This document shows, in pieces, positions 29,126 to 37,955 of a DNA stretch of 64,000 nucleotides. The translations under genes were made by a program, and so were the position numbers. Position 1 is the stretch's first letter. The number at the start of each line of letters is the position of its first letter. The notes under the pieces were generated by a model that was not told the origin of the DNA, searched no databases, and saw nothing but the letters and a program-made list of their open reading frames with translations. The stretch spans positions 288,001-352,000 of the forward strand of contig OY969807.1 of assembly GCA_963703285.1 (NCBI GenBank), read 5' to 3'. The DNA is from an uncultured Nitrososphaerota archaeon. GTDB lineage: Archaea; Thermoproteota; Nitrososphaeria; Nitrososphaerales; Gagatemarchaeaceae.

Positions 29126-30115
29126 ATGAAGAGAATCGGTTTCATCGGTCTCGGCATCATGGGAAGGCCGATGTCGCAGAACCTGCTCAGTGCAGGATAC
29201 CCCCTTACGGTCTTTAACAGGAGCAAGGGCGCCTCCGACGCGCTCGCCTCACTCGGAGCAAGGGTCGCAGCCTCGCCGAGAGACGTCGCGGCAGAGTCTG
29301 ACGTGGTGATAACGATGGTGACGGACACTCCCGACGTGGAACAGGTCATCCTCGGGCCCCGGGGCGTCATCGAGGGCGCCAGGAAGGGCCTCGTCGTGAT
29401 AGACATGAGCACCATCTCGCCGAAGGCGACCCGCGAAATCTCTTCGAAGCTGGCCGGGGTCGGCGCGCAGATGCTGGACGCCCCCGTGAGCGGCGGGGAC
29501 AAGGGCGCCCGCGAAGGCACTCTCACTATAATGGTCGGCGGGCCGGAGGAGGCTTTCAATGACTGCCTCCCCGTGCTCCAGGCGATGGGGAAGAAGGTCG
29601 TCCTGATGGGCGGTCCGGGCTCCGGGCAGCTGACCAAGCTCGCCAACCAGATCCTCGTGGCGGGCAACATGATGGGCGTCTGCGAGTGCCTCGTCTTCGC
29701 CAGGAAGGCGGGGCTCGACCCGAGGACCGTCATCGAATCGCTCTCGGCCGGGGCTGCCTCGTCATGGAGCCTCGTGAACCTGGGTCCCAGGGCTGCGGAC
29801 GGGGACTTCGCGCCCGGCTTCAAGGTCAAGCTCCTGCAGAAGGATCTCAGGCTCGTCCTCGGCACCGCCGATGACCTAGACGTCTCGCTCCCCAACACCA
29901 GCCTCGCCCACCAGCTGTACAACGCACTGGACGCCGCCGGGGAGGGGAATAAAGGAACCCAGGCTCTGATAAAGGTATACGAGCGCTTGTCGGGGTTCTG
30001 CTTCGTTAGCGGGGTGATGGGTCGGGGTGGTTCATTTGGGGTGATTCGTCGCACCATGAGCGATTTCCGAGATTGCTTCGGTTCCTGTAACTCCTCGTCG
30101 GAATCGTCTTGGTGA
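29126..30115 (+). CDS. NAD(P)-dependent beta-hydroxyacid dehydrogenase (GarR/MmsB family); C-terminus replaced by transposon-end sequence
   Basis: GFIGLGIMG; DAPVSGG; KLANQ; after ..YERLSG the frame reads through the TIR starting at 29994. Confidence 0.88.
   Translation: MKRIGFIGLGIMGRPMSQNLLSAGYPLTVFNRSKGASDALASLGARVAASPRDVAAESDVVITMVTDTPDVEQVILGPRGVIEGARKGLVVIDMSTISPKATREISSKLAGVGAQMLDAPVSGGDKGAREGTLTIMVGGPEEAFNDCLPVLQAMGKKVVLMGGPGSGQLTKLANQILVAGNMMGVCECLVFARKAGLDPRTVIESLSAGAASSWSLVNLGPRAADGDFAPGFKVKLLQKDLRLVLGTADDLDVSLPNTSLAHQLYNALDAAGEGNKGTQALIKVYERLSGFCFVSGVMGRGGSFGVIRRTMSDFRDCFGSCNSSSESSW
29994..30045 (+). repeat. Left TIR GGTTCTGCTTCGTTAGCGGGGTGATGGGTCGGGGTGGTTCATTTGGGGTGAT
   Basis: Exact reverse complement of 33231-33282. 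Confidence 0.95.
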
Positions 30116-30369
30116 TAACTGTCGTCGGATTTGACCGCCGCCTTCTTTGGGTGCCTGAAACGGTAGTTGCTTTCTGATTGGTAGCCCGCCAGTGCGAGTC
30201 TTTGCATCACCCGCTCAGGAAGAATGTGCTTGTGCCAAAAGCCGTCTCTTCCTCTGAGGTAAAGGATGTTCCCTTCCAGTCGGTAAGGTCTGGTGCAGAT
30301 GTGCTCTTCCATCTCTTCAAGAATGACCCTCGCCCCGCATCTGGGGCACAGGACGATTGAATCCATCAA
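29994..30369 (-). CDS. Cargo zinc-finger (CPRC..H.C) protein lacking a stop codon inside the element
   Basis: MMDSIVLCPRCGARVILEEMEEHIC; TTGA overlap with upstream gene; frame runs out through the TIR. Confidence 0.5.
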
Positions 30370-31085
30370 GGGCCTTGCACTACTTCGGTCTCGGTGAGTA
30401 GTTCATCCAGCATGATTTCGAAGAAGTGCAAGTCCTTCGCGTTGAGGGCGACAGACTTGATGAGGCTGTTCTCATTCCTTTTGAGCCTCTTGTTTTCCTT
30501 GCTCTGAGACTTGAGTTGCTTCTGCATTTCGTCGCGTTGACTCTTCAGTCTGCCCACGTAATCTCTGAGTTGCATCAACTCCTCATTCAGCATCTTCGCT
30601 GTCTGGGCGGGACTCTGAACCTCTTTGCTGTCCGAATCGAGTTCTTCAAGGTCTTCCTCGATTACCTCAAGGTCTGCGAGGTCAAATCCTGCTCTCAGCA
30701 GTTCGGTTTCTGCCTGTTCCAAGGTGCCGACTCTGTGTACGGTGAAGTCATAGAGGCCACCTTCTCCATCCCATCCCATCTTGCTGAGTTTTGAAAGCGC
30801 CTCAGCCGTAAATTCTAAGCGCTCTTTGAGTTCTTGACCCTTGCTCCGCATTTCAGCGATCAGTTCAGTCGTGAGAACGCCGTTTTCAAATCCCTGAATT
30901 TCCCAACTGGGTTTGCCGAAAAGGAAGAGTGTGGTCGAAATCACGATGCTTGGTGACTTTTGCTTCTTGATTCGGGGTGGCGCTTCTGAGACGAGGGTTT
31001 CTGAGATTCCTGTGTGAGAGGACATCATCTGCTCCTCGTCCATCTCATCAAAGGCTTTGGCGGCTCGCAATGCTTCTTCCTTCAA
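30366..31085 (-). CDS. Cargo hypothetical protein with acidic linker and C-terminal coiled coil
   Basis: 239-aa ORF translationally coupled (4-nt overlaps) to both neighbours. Confidence 0.65.
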   Translation of the reverse strand: MKEEALRAAKAFDEMDEEQMMSSHTGISETLVSEAPPRIKKQKSPSIVISTTLFLFGKPSWEIQGFENGVLTTELIAEMRSKGQELKERLEFTAEALSKLSKMGWDGEGGLYDFTVHRVGTLEQAETELLRAGFDLADLEVIEEDLEELDSDSKEVQSPAQTAKMLNEELMQLRDYVGRLKSQRDEMQKQLKSQSKENKRLKRNENSLIKSVALNAKDLHFFEIMLDELLTETEVVQGP

Positions 31086-31273
31086 TGCTTCTCTCCCTTT
31101 CTATGCCTCTTCATGGCCTCGGTGACTTCCTTGGGTAAAGCGTCTCTTCTGGGCTTATTCCAATACGGTGACTTGCACTTCGGGCAAATCACAGGCTCCC
31201 CTTCCGTAGTCGCCCTCGGCACCCAAGTATGACCGCACCTCTCGCACTTGTATCCTTCCAGCATCAACTTCAT
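31082..31273 (-). CDS. Cargo zinc-ribbon microprotein
   Basis: YKCERCGHTWVPR ... CPKCKSPYWNKPR. Confidence 0.75.
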   Translation of the reverse strand: MKLMLEGYKCERCGHTWVPRATTEGEPVICPKCKSPYWNKPRRDALPKEVTEAMKRHRKGEKH

Positions 31274-31419
31274 TAGTTGTGTGCACTTACCTTTTACATA
31301 TATACTTAGTGCATAGGCTTTAGCACATATCTGCTAATAAGCCACCCCCAAAACATCTCTCTATGGGAGTAGTGTTATATACCCGTTGGGTGATACCTAT
31401 TAGGTATGAGCCCAGAACA
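31274..31419. promoter_or_regulatory. AT-rich divergent promoter with several inverted repeats
   Basis: TATA-like CATATATAC and GTTATATA; TTAGCA-N6-TGCTAA (31320-31337); ATACCTA-T-TAGGTAT (31393-31407). Confidence 0.5.
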
Positions 31420-32616
31420 ATGGCGAAAGGTCAGACGCATCCGAAGGAGAAGGGGATTTTGAGCAACCCCTCACCTTCCGACGCGCGAATGACAAGGGGT
31501 CTTGAGATTGCCAAGATGAACGTCATAGCAGAGAATCCTGACGGCTCTTTCAGCGTTCCTTCGCAATCGGTTGAGGAAATAGCATATCTGGTAAGGGCGA
31601 TTGACGGTGAGTATCTCTGCAACTGTCTGGACTTCAAGCAGAGGCGCGAGCAAATCAAGGCGTGCAAGCACATCCACGCGGTTCGATTCTGGGTCGCTGC
31701 ACAGGTCGAGTTAGAACAAAAGCCCAAGCCCAAGGTCTTCGCGGACGACGCGACCCAATGCCCCAAGTGCGGCTCAATCCGAGTAGTCAAGTGCGGAAGG
31801 AGCAGGGGCAAGCAGGCTTTCAGGTGCAACGACTGTCTGCACAGGTTCAGGGAGCAGAGCCTGATCCGACGGTCGAGGTATTCGCCAGAGATGGTCAGCC
31901 TCACTCTCGACCTTTATTTTTCTGGAATGTCGCTCAGGAAGATTTCTCGGACAGTGAACAATCACTTTGACCTGAACCTCGGAAATGCGACAATCTATCG
32001 CTGGATTCAGAGGTTCATCCCTCAAATCTCCGAATATGTCAATTCCCTGACTCCACAACTCTCCGACACTTGGCACGCAGATGAGCTGTTCGTCAAGATG
32101 AAGGGCGGGGTCAAGGAGAGCCAGTACGGTCAGAAGAACATGGCCTTCCTTTGGAACGTGATGGACAGGAAGACGCGGTTCCTTCTCGCCTCCAAACTGT
32201 CTGAGAAGCGGTGCGTGGTCAGCGCGGCAGGCGCGTTCAGGGAGGCGATTCAGAACGCCCATGAGAGCAGACCGGAGAGAATCTTCACCGACGCGCACAA
32301 GTCATACAAGGATGGAATCGAGATTGCCTTCGGTCAGGAGCGCCCCGAGCACATCGCCAAGGCGGGCATGGGCAAGCCCCACGCCAACAACAACCGCATA
32401 GAGCGGTTGAACGGGACGCTCCGCGAGAGGGTCAAGGTCCAGCGCGGATGGAAGAGCATGACTTCACAGATCGCCGAAGGTCAGCGTATCCAGTATAACT
32501 TCGTCAAGCCTCACATAGCCTTGGATGGGCAGACACCTGCGCAAGCGGCGGGTGTCGGCATAAACGGGAGAGACAAGTGGATGGAACTGCTTAAGAAAGC
32601 CATGATACAGGGATGA
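31420..32616 (+). CDS. IS6-family DDE transposase with N-terminal SWIM finger and zinc ribbon
   Basis: CNC..CKH (SWIM); CPKC..CNDC; HTH (SLRKIS..ATIYRW); WHADE, IFTDA, NNRIERLNGTLRER catalytic motifs. Confidence 0.88.
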   Translation: MAKGQTHPKEKGILSNPSPSDARMTRGLEIAKMNVIAENPDGSFSVPSQSVEEIAYLVRAIDGEYLCNCLDFKQRREQIKACKHIHAVRFWVAAQVELEQKPKPKVFADDATQCPKCGSIRVVKCGRSRGKQAFRCNDCLHRFREQSLIRRSRYSPEMVSLTLDLYFSGMSLRKISRTVNNHFDLNLGNATIYRWIQRFIPQISEYVNSLTPQLSDTWHADELFVKMKGGVKESQYGQKNMAFLWNVMDRKTRFLLASKLSEKRCVVSAAGAFREAIQNAHESRPERIFTDAHKSYKDGIEIAFGQERPEHIAKAGMGKPHANNNRIERLNGTLRERVKVQRGWKSMTSQIAEGQRIQYNFVKPHIALDGQTPAQAAGVGINGRDKWMELLKKAMIQG

Positions 32617-32628
32617 TGCAGGTAAGCC

Positions 32629-32841
32629 ATGAGAATGTCCGTCTCGGAGGTGGTCGAGATAGCCAAGAAGTTTGTAAGATCACAAGCGGGCTACTCCAGT
32701 GTAGAAATTGCATCCGTAGACGCTCTCACACAGCAAGGGAGATGGAAGGTGCTCGCTGACGTGGGATTATTTGCGACCATGAGAAAGGAACTGATAATTG
32801 ATGATAGCGATGGAAACATCCTCTCCTACAGGCAAATTTGA
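32629..32841 (+). CDS. Cargo small PepSY-like protein
   Basis: SVSEVVEIAKKF ... WKV ... IIDDSDGNILSY. Confidence 0.55.
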   Translation: MRMSVSEVVEIAKKFVRSQAGYSSVEIASVDALTQQGRWKVLADVGLFATMRKELIIDDSDGNILSYRQI

Positions 32842-33226
32842 AAGAATTTCTGAGTATCTAAAGATGCGGGACCAGTATTACAAGAACGCTGAAGAGTTCA
32901 TAGGGCGTGGGGAGCTAAGAAAATCATCAGAATTACTCTGGGGTGCAATCTCGCAGAGCATCAAGGCGTTGGGTATACTTGCAAATCAAGAACTCGTCAG
33001 TCATAGGGACTTCTTTCCGTTTATGCAGCAGCTTTCTAAAGAATTAGGCGATCCCAGCTTATACGAGGATTTTGTCGACCTTAACACTCTACACAGAAAT
33101 TTCTATGACGAGTTTATTCCTCCTGAAGCATTTCCACTTTTTTTCAGAAAGGCCACTCTTTATGTCAAGAGAATCAATGACCTGATTCAAACCAAAGTAG
33201 GAAGACCAGCCAGGGAGAAAGGGTAA
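32810..33226 (+). CDS. PaREP1/HEPN-like protein
   Basis: AEEFIGRGELRKSSELLWGA ... SH ... LHRNFY. Confidence 0.75.
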   Translation: METSSPTGKFERISEYLKMRDQYYKNAEEFIGRGELRKSSELLWGAISQSIKALGILANQELVSHRDFFPFMQQLSKELGDPSLYEDFVDLNTLHRNFYDEFIPPEAFPLFFRKATLYVKRINDLIQTKVGRPAREKG

Positions 33227-33230
33227 CGCC

Positions 33231-33282
33231 ATCACCCCAAATGAACCACCCCGACCCATCACCCCGCTAACGAAGCAGAACC
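33231..33282 (-). repeat. Right TIR of the IS6-family element
   Basis: Exact reverse complement of 29994-30045. Confidence 0.95.
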
Positions 33283-33404
33283 CTACGACCAATTATTCGG
33301 CAACTGTGGGCCATACTACTGTCAGCACCATCGGCCCCAAGGCCGAATTTGGGACAGCCGAAGTGTATATCACCAGTTCTTGCACCTTCGTAAAGTAATC
33401 GTCT

Positions 33405-33434
33405 GACCCGTCACCCCGCTAACGAAGCAGAACC
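33405..33434 (-). repeat. Orphan third transposon end (right-end orientation)
   Basis: GACCCGTCACCCCGCTAACGAAGCAGAACC, 29/30 identical to the terminal 30 bp of the right TIR. Confidence 0.9.
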
Positions 33435-33559
33435 GGGCCGTTCGGACAAGACTATCAATCGTGAAACGCGACCTTGATATGAATGGTGGGAATGTTGATT
33501 TCAGAACGCCTTATAACGCCATGAATACTCGCCGCGCCAGCAAGCAAGGGTTGGAAGAG

Positions 33560-34534
33560 ATGACCGAGTTTATGCTTTCATTGACGGGAGTGCACGCGAG
33601 GAACGAGTCGACCATCCAGGCGACCCAGGACTGGGAGAGGGCAAGGATTGACTCCAGGCGACTGCGAGCCGCGTTCAGGGAGGACGCAGACTCGCTGGTT
33701 CGGCTGCAGAAGCAGGTCGGCGCGGACTACCTCTCCGACGGCCAGCTCTCCGCATCGTGGCAGGACTTCCTCACCCCAATAACCGAGGGCTTCGAGGGGG
33801 TGAAGAAGGGGGCGATGGTGAGGTGGTACAACACGAACACGTTCTATCAGACTCCCGTGGTCGACGGTGCGATATCCAGCAGCGGTAGGGTCGTCTGGGG
33901 GAAGCTGGAGCGCAGGTTCGCTCGCGGAGGCCGGTTCAGGGTGGCCCTCCCCGACCCGCTCACGTTCTCAGAGCTGGCCGAAGACAGGTACTACCATGAC
34001 ACCGGGAAGGTAATGTTCGGCTATGCCGAGGCTCTCAACGGAGAGCTGAGGACGCTCCAGGCTAACGGCGTCGCATACGTGCAGTTCTCCTCGCCCGCCC
34101 TCGTGGCGAGGTTCAGGAAGAAGCCGCTGACGCCCGAAGGTCTCAGGCGGCTGGGCGACGCGCTCAGCGTGAGCACGAAGGGCACGACGATCCGGACCGG
34201 GTTCCACACGTTCTTCGGCGACGCCGCGCCCTACATCCCGGAGCTCTTCGACGCGCTCCCTACGGACGAAGTGGGGTTCGACTTCACTCAGACGGACCCC
34301 TCGCGACTCTCCCCGACGAAGAAGGGGATAATCGCCGGGGTCGCAGACGCCCGGACCACCTACCTCGAGGGCGTCGCCGACCTTCGGGAGAAGGTCGAGC
34401 AGATCGCCGAGAAGACCGGTTCGAGGTCGATAACGCTCGCGCCTTCCTGCGACCTGCGGTACATCCCGCGAGTCTCGGCCGACGAGAAGCTGAGGCTCTT
34501 GGGCTCGGTCAAGGCGGAGCTGGAGGCGACCTAG
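33560..34534 (+). CDS. MetE N-terminal-half-like subunit (split cobalamin-independent methionine synthase)
   Basis: DYLSDGQL..QD; VRWYNTNTFYQTP; LPDPLTF; GVADAR; no complete Zn-ligand set. Confidence 0.75.
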   Translation: MTEFMLSLTGVHARNESTIQATQDWERARIDSRRLRAAFREDADSLVRLQKQVGADYLSDGQLSASWQDFLTPITEGFEGVKKGAMVRWYNTNTFYQTPVVDGAISSSGRVVWGKLERRFARGGRFRVALPDPLTFSELAEDRYYHDTGKVMFGYAEALNGELRTLQANGVAYVQFSSPALVARFRKKPLTPEGLRRLGDALSVSTKGTTIRTGFHTFFGDAAPYIPELFDALPTDEVGFDFTQTDPSRLSPTKKGIIAGVADARTTYLEGVADLREKVEQIAEKTGSRSITLAPSCDLRYIPRVSADEKLRLLGSVKAELEAT

Positions 34535-34536
34535 AG

Positions 34537-35736
34537 CTGGCCAAGCCGTTCCCGACCCAGGAGATAGGGAGCCTGCCCAAGTTCGCCTGGAGGACCAAGC
34601 CCTTCAGGGGGATGGAGCTCTCGGACGCGGACATCGAGTCCGCGCGGTCGTGGGGCGAGCGCCTCCAGGTGCGAGGGCTGCGGGGCCTTCTGGGGATCCT
34701 CTCGAAGAGGGCGGACTTCTCGGACGCAGATAAGGCGTCCATCGTCGACTTCTCTCTCCTCTACGCCATCAGGATGGGGGAGACCGCGGGGAGCGGCCTG
34801 GCGAAGCAGACCGGGCTCGACCTCGTATGGTCGGGGGAGCAGGCGAGGACCGAGATGTACGAGACGCCCGTCTCGAGCATCAGGGGATTCGAGTTCATAG
34901 GGAAGGTCAGGAGCTTCGACAACAAGTACTGGAGGATGGCCTCGATCAGGTCCCCCCCGGCCTACGAGAGCAACTACCACCTGGACGAGCTCCTCTTCAC
35001 GCAGAAGCACGCCAGGCGCAAGATCAAGCTGCCCGTGACAGACGCCATAACCATCATGGCTTGGTCGGACAACAACTACTACACCTCGAAGTGGGCGGCG
35101 GAGAAGGTCGCGCCGCTCGAGAGATTGTTCAACGCGAGGCGCGAGTTCACCCTCGACCTCGCCAGGATAATCAGGAGGGTCATCCGCGAGCTCATAGCGA
35201 AGGGCGTCGAGGAGGTGCAGATCGACATCCCGGCCGCCACACAGTACCAGTCCCGGGAGGACATCGCCCTCGTGACGGAGGCGTTCAACGAGACGACGAA
35301 GGGGCTGAGCGCGACCTTCAGCGTCCACAGCTGCTTCCCGCCGAGCGTCGGCTACGGCATCCTCTTCCCTGAGATCCTCGAGATGAGGAAGTGCGAGCGC
35401 TTCTCCTTCGAGTACGGCAACAGGGACTCCTACGGCCGGGGGGTCACCGACGGCAGCAGGCCGGGCTTCGCGGACCTGAAGCTCTTCAAGGAGTACGGCT
35501 ATTCCCGAGGCCTGGGGGTCGGCGTGATACACATCCACACCGACCGGCTCCCGTCCGTCGACGTCGTGAGGGACAGGGCGCTGTACGCGGCCAAGGTGAC
35601 GGATATCGATCCGGAGGACCTGTACGTCAACCCGGACTGCGGGCTGCGCACCAGGCGGCCGGAGGTCGCCCAGGCCATGCTAGACCTCGTCGTGGCCGGG
35701 GCGGAGAAGGCGAGGGGTGAGCTGGCCGCATCTTGA
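34537..35736 (+). CDS. metE: Cobalamin-independent methionine synthase catalytic (core) subunit
   Basis: FPTQEIGSLPK N-terminus requires a CTG start at 34537; Zn ligands VHSC, FSFE, NPDCGLRT. Confidence 0.82.
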   Translation: MAKPFPTQEIGSLPKFAWRTKPFRGMELSDADIESARSWGERLQVRGLRGLLGILSKRADFSDADKASIVDFSLLYAIRMGETAGSGLAKQTGLDLVWSGEQARTEMYETPVSSIRGFEFIGKVRSFDNKYWRMASIRSPPAYESNYHLDELLFTQKHARRKIKLPVTDAITIMAWSDNNYYTSKWAAEKVAPLERLFNARREFTLDLARIIRRVIRELIAKGVEEVQIDIPAATQYQSREDIALVTEAFNETTKGLSATFSVHSCFPPSVGYGILFPEILEMRKCERFSFEYGNRDSYGRGVTDGSRPGFADLKLFKEYGYSRGLGVGVIHIHTDRLPSVDVVRDRALYAAKVTDIDPEDLYVNPDCGLRTRRPEVAQAMLDLVVAGAEKARGELAAS

Positions 35737-36980
35737 TTCCCAAGACGACAACCATCGGAAGCTACCCCACGTTCCCGAAGCCCGAGGACATCGAGTACTA
35801 CCTCGCGATTTCCAGTCACGGGCTCGGGGACGAGGTCATCGACCCCTACCTCTGGTCGATCGACGAGGCCCTCGAGGATTTCACCTCGGCGGGCATAGAG
35901 GTCCCGTCGACGGGCCAGTCGCGCGGCGACCTGTACTCGCTATTCCTCGACCCCAAGTTCGTCAAGGGCCTCAGCTGGAACGGTTCCGAGGCCTTCGTGG
36001 ACGGCAAGATATCGAGGCTCGGCCCGTCAAGGCTGGCGGACGTCATTCACGCGCGTAAGACGCTCCCATCCAACTACGAGATCAAGGAGCCGATTACGGA
36101 CGCGTACACGCTCGCCAGGTTCGCGAAGATCAACACCACGGCGTACGCCGACACGCGCGAGCTCGCGGTCGAGATAAACAGGAAGATCATCATCCCCGAG
36201 ATAGAGCAGCTCCAGCAATCAGGCGCCGTCTCGTGGATACAGCTCGACTCGCCCGCGGTCGCCTCCGACTCGTTCGTCCCCGACTACTTCATCGGCCTCT
36301 ACGAGGAGGTGGCCTCGGCCGCAAGGCTCCCCGTCGTGCTTCATGCGTGCGGCGACGCGTCCAGGGTCTTCCCCGAACTGACCCGGACCAGGGTCCACAC
36401 CATCTCCCTCGACTTCTACCACTATCCGCGCCTCTTCGACGAGACGAGCCGGAGGAGCTACGACCAGCTCATAGGCCTCGGCTGTACCGACAGCCAGGGT
36501 CTCAGGGTGGAGACGGCCGAGGAGACGGGGAAGATGATTGACTTCGCACGCAGCCGGCTGGGCGAGGACAGGATACAGTTCGTCCACCCCCACTGCGGGC
36601 AGAGGAACCTCAACAGGGAGGTGGCCTACTCGAAGAACGTCGTGCTGACGCTCGCGAGGGACGACGTCTACTTCGGTCGCCCCGAGGAGGCCCTCCCGTC
36701 CAGGCTCGCCTCCGACGAGTACGACCCCCAGGGCTACTTCCTCGTCTCGATACTCCGGGAGACGAAGGAGATACTCGTCACCTACTACTCCTACCAGCAC
36801 GTCCCGAAGAGGCGCTTCAAGTCGAGGTCCGCTGAGCGCATATTCCAGTCGCTGAACGACGAAGCCGACGGCCTGGGCGTGTCCCGGCGGCATCTTGCCT
36901 ACCTGACGCTCGAGCTCGGGAGGGCCGAGGCGTCCCTGCAGTCTGGCGCGCAGGTCTACCGCCAGAAAGTGATCGAGTAG
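35733..36980 (+). CDS. MetE-core-like protein fused to a C-terminal DUF4346-like domain
   Basis: TTTIGSYP; STGQSR; LHACG; HPHCG; then DPQGYFLV ... HLAYL..ELGRAE ... YRQ. Confidence 0.7.
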   Translation: MIPKTTTIGSYPTFPKPEDIEYYLAISSHGLGDEVIDPYLWSIDEALEDFTSAGIEVPSTGQSRGDLYSLFLDPKFVKGLSWNGSEAFVDGKISRLGPSRLADVIHARKTLPSNYEIKEPITDAYTLARFAKINTTAYADTRELAVEINRKIIIPEIEQLQQSGAVSWIQLDSPAVASDSFVPDYFIGLYEEVASAARLPVVLHACGDASRVFPELTRTRVHTISLDFYHYPRLFDETSRRSYDQLIGLGCTDSQGLRVETAEETGKMIDFARSRLGEDRIQFVHPHCGQRNLNREVAYSKNVVLTLARDDVYFGRPEEALPSRLASDEYDPQGYFLVSILRETKEILVTYYSYQHVPKRRFKSRSAERIFQSLNDEADGLGVSRRHLAYLTLELGRAEASLQSGAQVYRQKVIE

Positions 36981-37853
36981 TTGAGGCTCAACGAGAGGAT
37001 GAGCAGGGGCATCTTCACGACGCTCATAGAGGTCTTCCCACCTAACTTCAGCCTGGAGACGGCTAGGGAGCCCCTGATAGGGATAAAGCAGAAGATGCGC
37101 GACATGGTGGCCAGGGTGAGGAAGATAGAGGACCTGGCCGACGCCATCCTCGTCGCCGACATGAAGGACCCGGGTCGCCTCCAGCTGGCTTCGGTCTACA
37201 CCTCCGCCGTCCTGAAGGAGGAGCTCGGCACTGAGGTCATACCGGTGGTCCCCATGAGGGACATGAACCGCAAGGCGGTGCGGACGACCTTCCTCACGTG
37301 CCTCTCGCTGGGGCTCGAGTCCGTCTCCCTCGTGTGGGGGGACAAGTACGGGGAGGGCGAGGGCTCCAGGAACGTCTACGACTTCAAGACCCTCGCCGAA
37401 GCCCTCTCCGAGGTGAGGGCCCTCGCAGAGAGGTCAGACGTCAACGCGACTTTGCTCTCGCCCGTCGACATCTCGACCCTCGACGGGAACCGGGGGGCGA
37501 GGATTGCAGAGGGCCGGTTGAAGTCCGGCGCGGACGTCCTCCTGGCGCAGCCGCCGACCTCGGATGTCGCCCGAACGCTTCAGACGCACGTAGCGAAGCT
37601 GAGCGCCAACCACCTGGAGGGTAAGGTCCTCCACAATATCTTCCCGTTCAGGAGCCTCGAGGACGTCCGGAGCTGCAGGGCGAGGTTCGGGTGGGACCTG
37701 CCAGCGGAACTGGACGCGATCGCGGCCGAAGGGGAGCCGGCCCTGCTCAAGGAAGCCCGCGCGGTGGCCGAGGCCGTGAGGGACCGCGGCCTTCCCGGGA
37801 TATACGTCTCGACCCGCGGGAAGCCCGAGCTGGCCCGCTATCTGCTCGACTGA
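36981..37853 (+). CDS. Methylenetetrahydrofolate reductase-like protein
   Basis: EVFPP; IPVVPMRDMNR; SLVWGD; GADVLLAQP; in operon with MetE genes. Confidence 0.7.
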   Translation: MRLNERMSRGIFTTLIEVFPPNFSLETAREPLIGIKQKMRDMVARVRKIEDLADAILVADMKDPGRLQLASVYTSAVLKEELGTEVIPVVPMRDMNRKAVRTTFLTCLSLGLESVSLVWGDKYGEGEGSRNVYDFKTLAEALSEVRALAERSDVNATLLSPVDISTLDGNRGARIAEGRLKSGADVLLAQPPTSDVARTLQTHVAKLSANHLEGKVLHNIFPFRSLEDVRSCRARFGWDLPAELDAIAAEGEPALLKEARAVAEAVRDRGLPGIYVSTRGKPELARYLLD

Positions 37854-37955
37854 ACTCCTCCAAAAGCCTAAATATCGTCCGGAGTCCGGCGGCCAACAGA
37901 GTCCCATGCAAGACTCAGCTCCTCTCTTGAGTTCCTCCGCTCGGGTGAGTCGGTC

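Larger units (their letters stand above)
29994..33282. mobile_element. IS6-family cargo transposon, 3289 bp
   Basis: Perfect 52-bp TIRs; DDE transposase; lower GC than flanks; five cargo ORFs; no TSD visible. Confidence 0.85.

Noticed and set aside
27526-30369. 947-aa ORF as one protein
   Set aside because: Chimera of a transposon cargo gene, TIR, the antisense strand of the dehydrogenase and ggt; stop-free antisense frames are common at this GC content
33231-33434. Two 30-bp direct repeats as a mini CRISPR array
   Set aside because: They are transposon ends (inverse of 29994-30045), the spacer is 122 bp and no cas genes are present
29986-33442. Target-site duplication for the IS6 cargo element
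   Set aside because: Left flank CTTGTCGG matches neither CTACGACC nor GGGCCGTT
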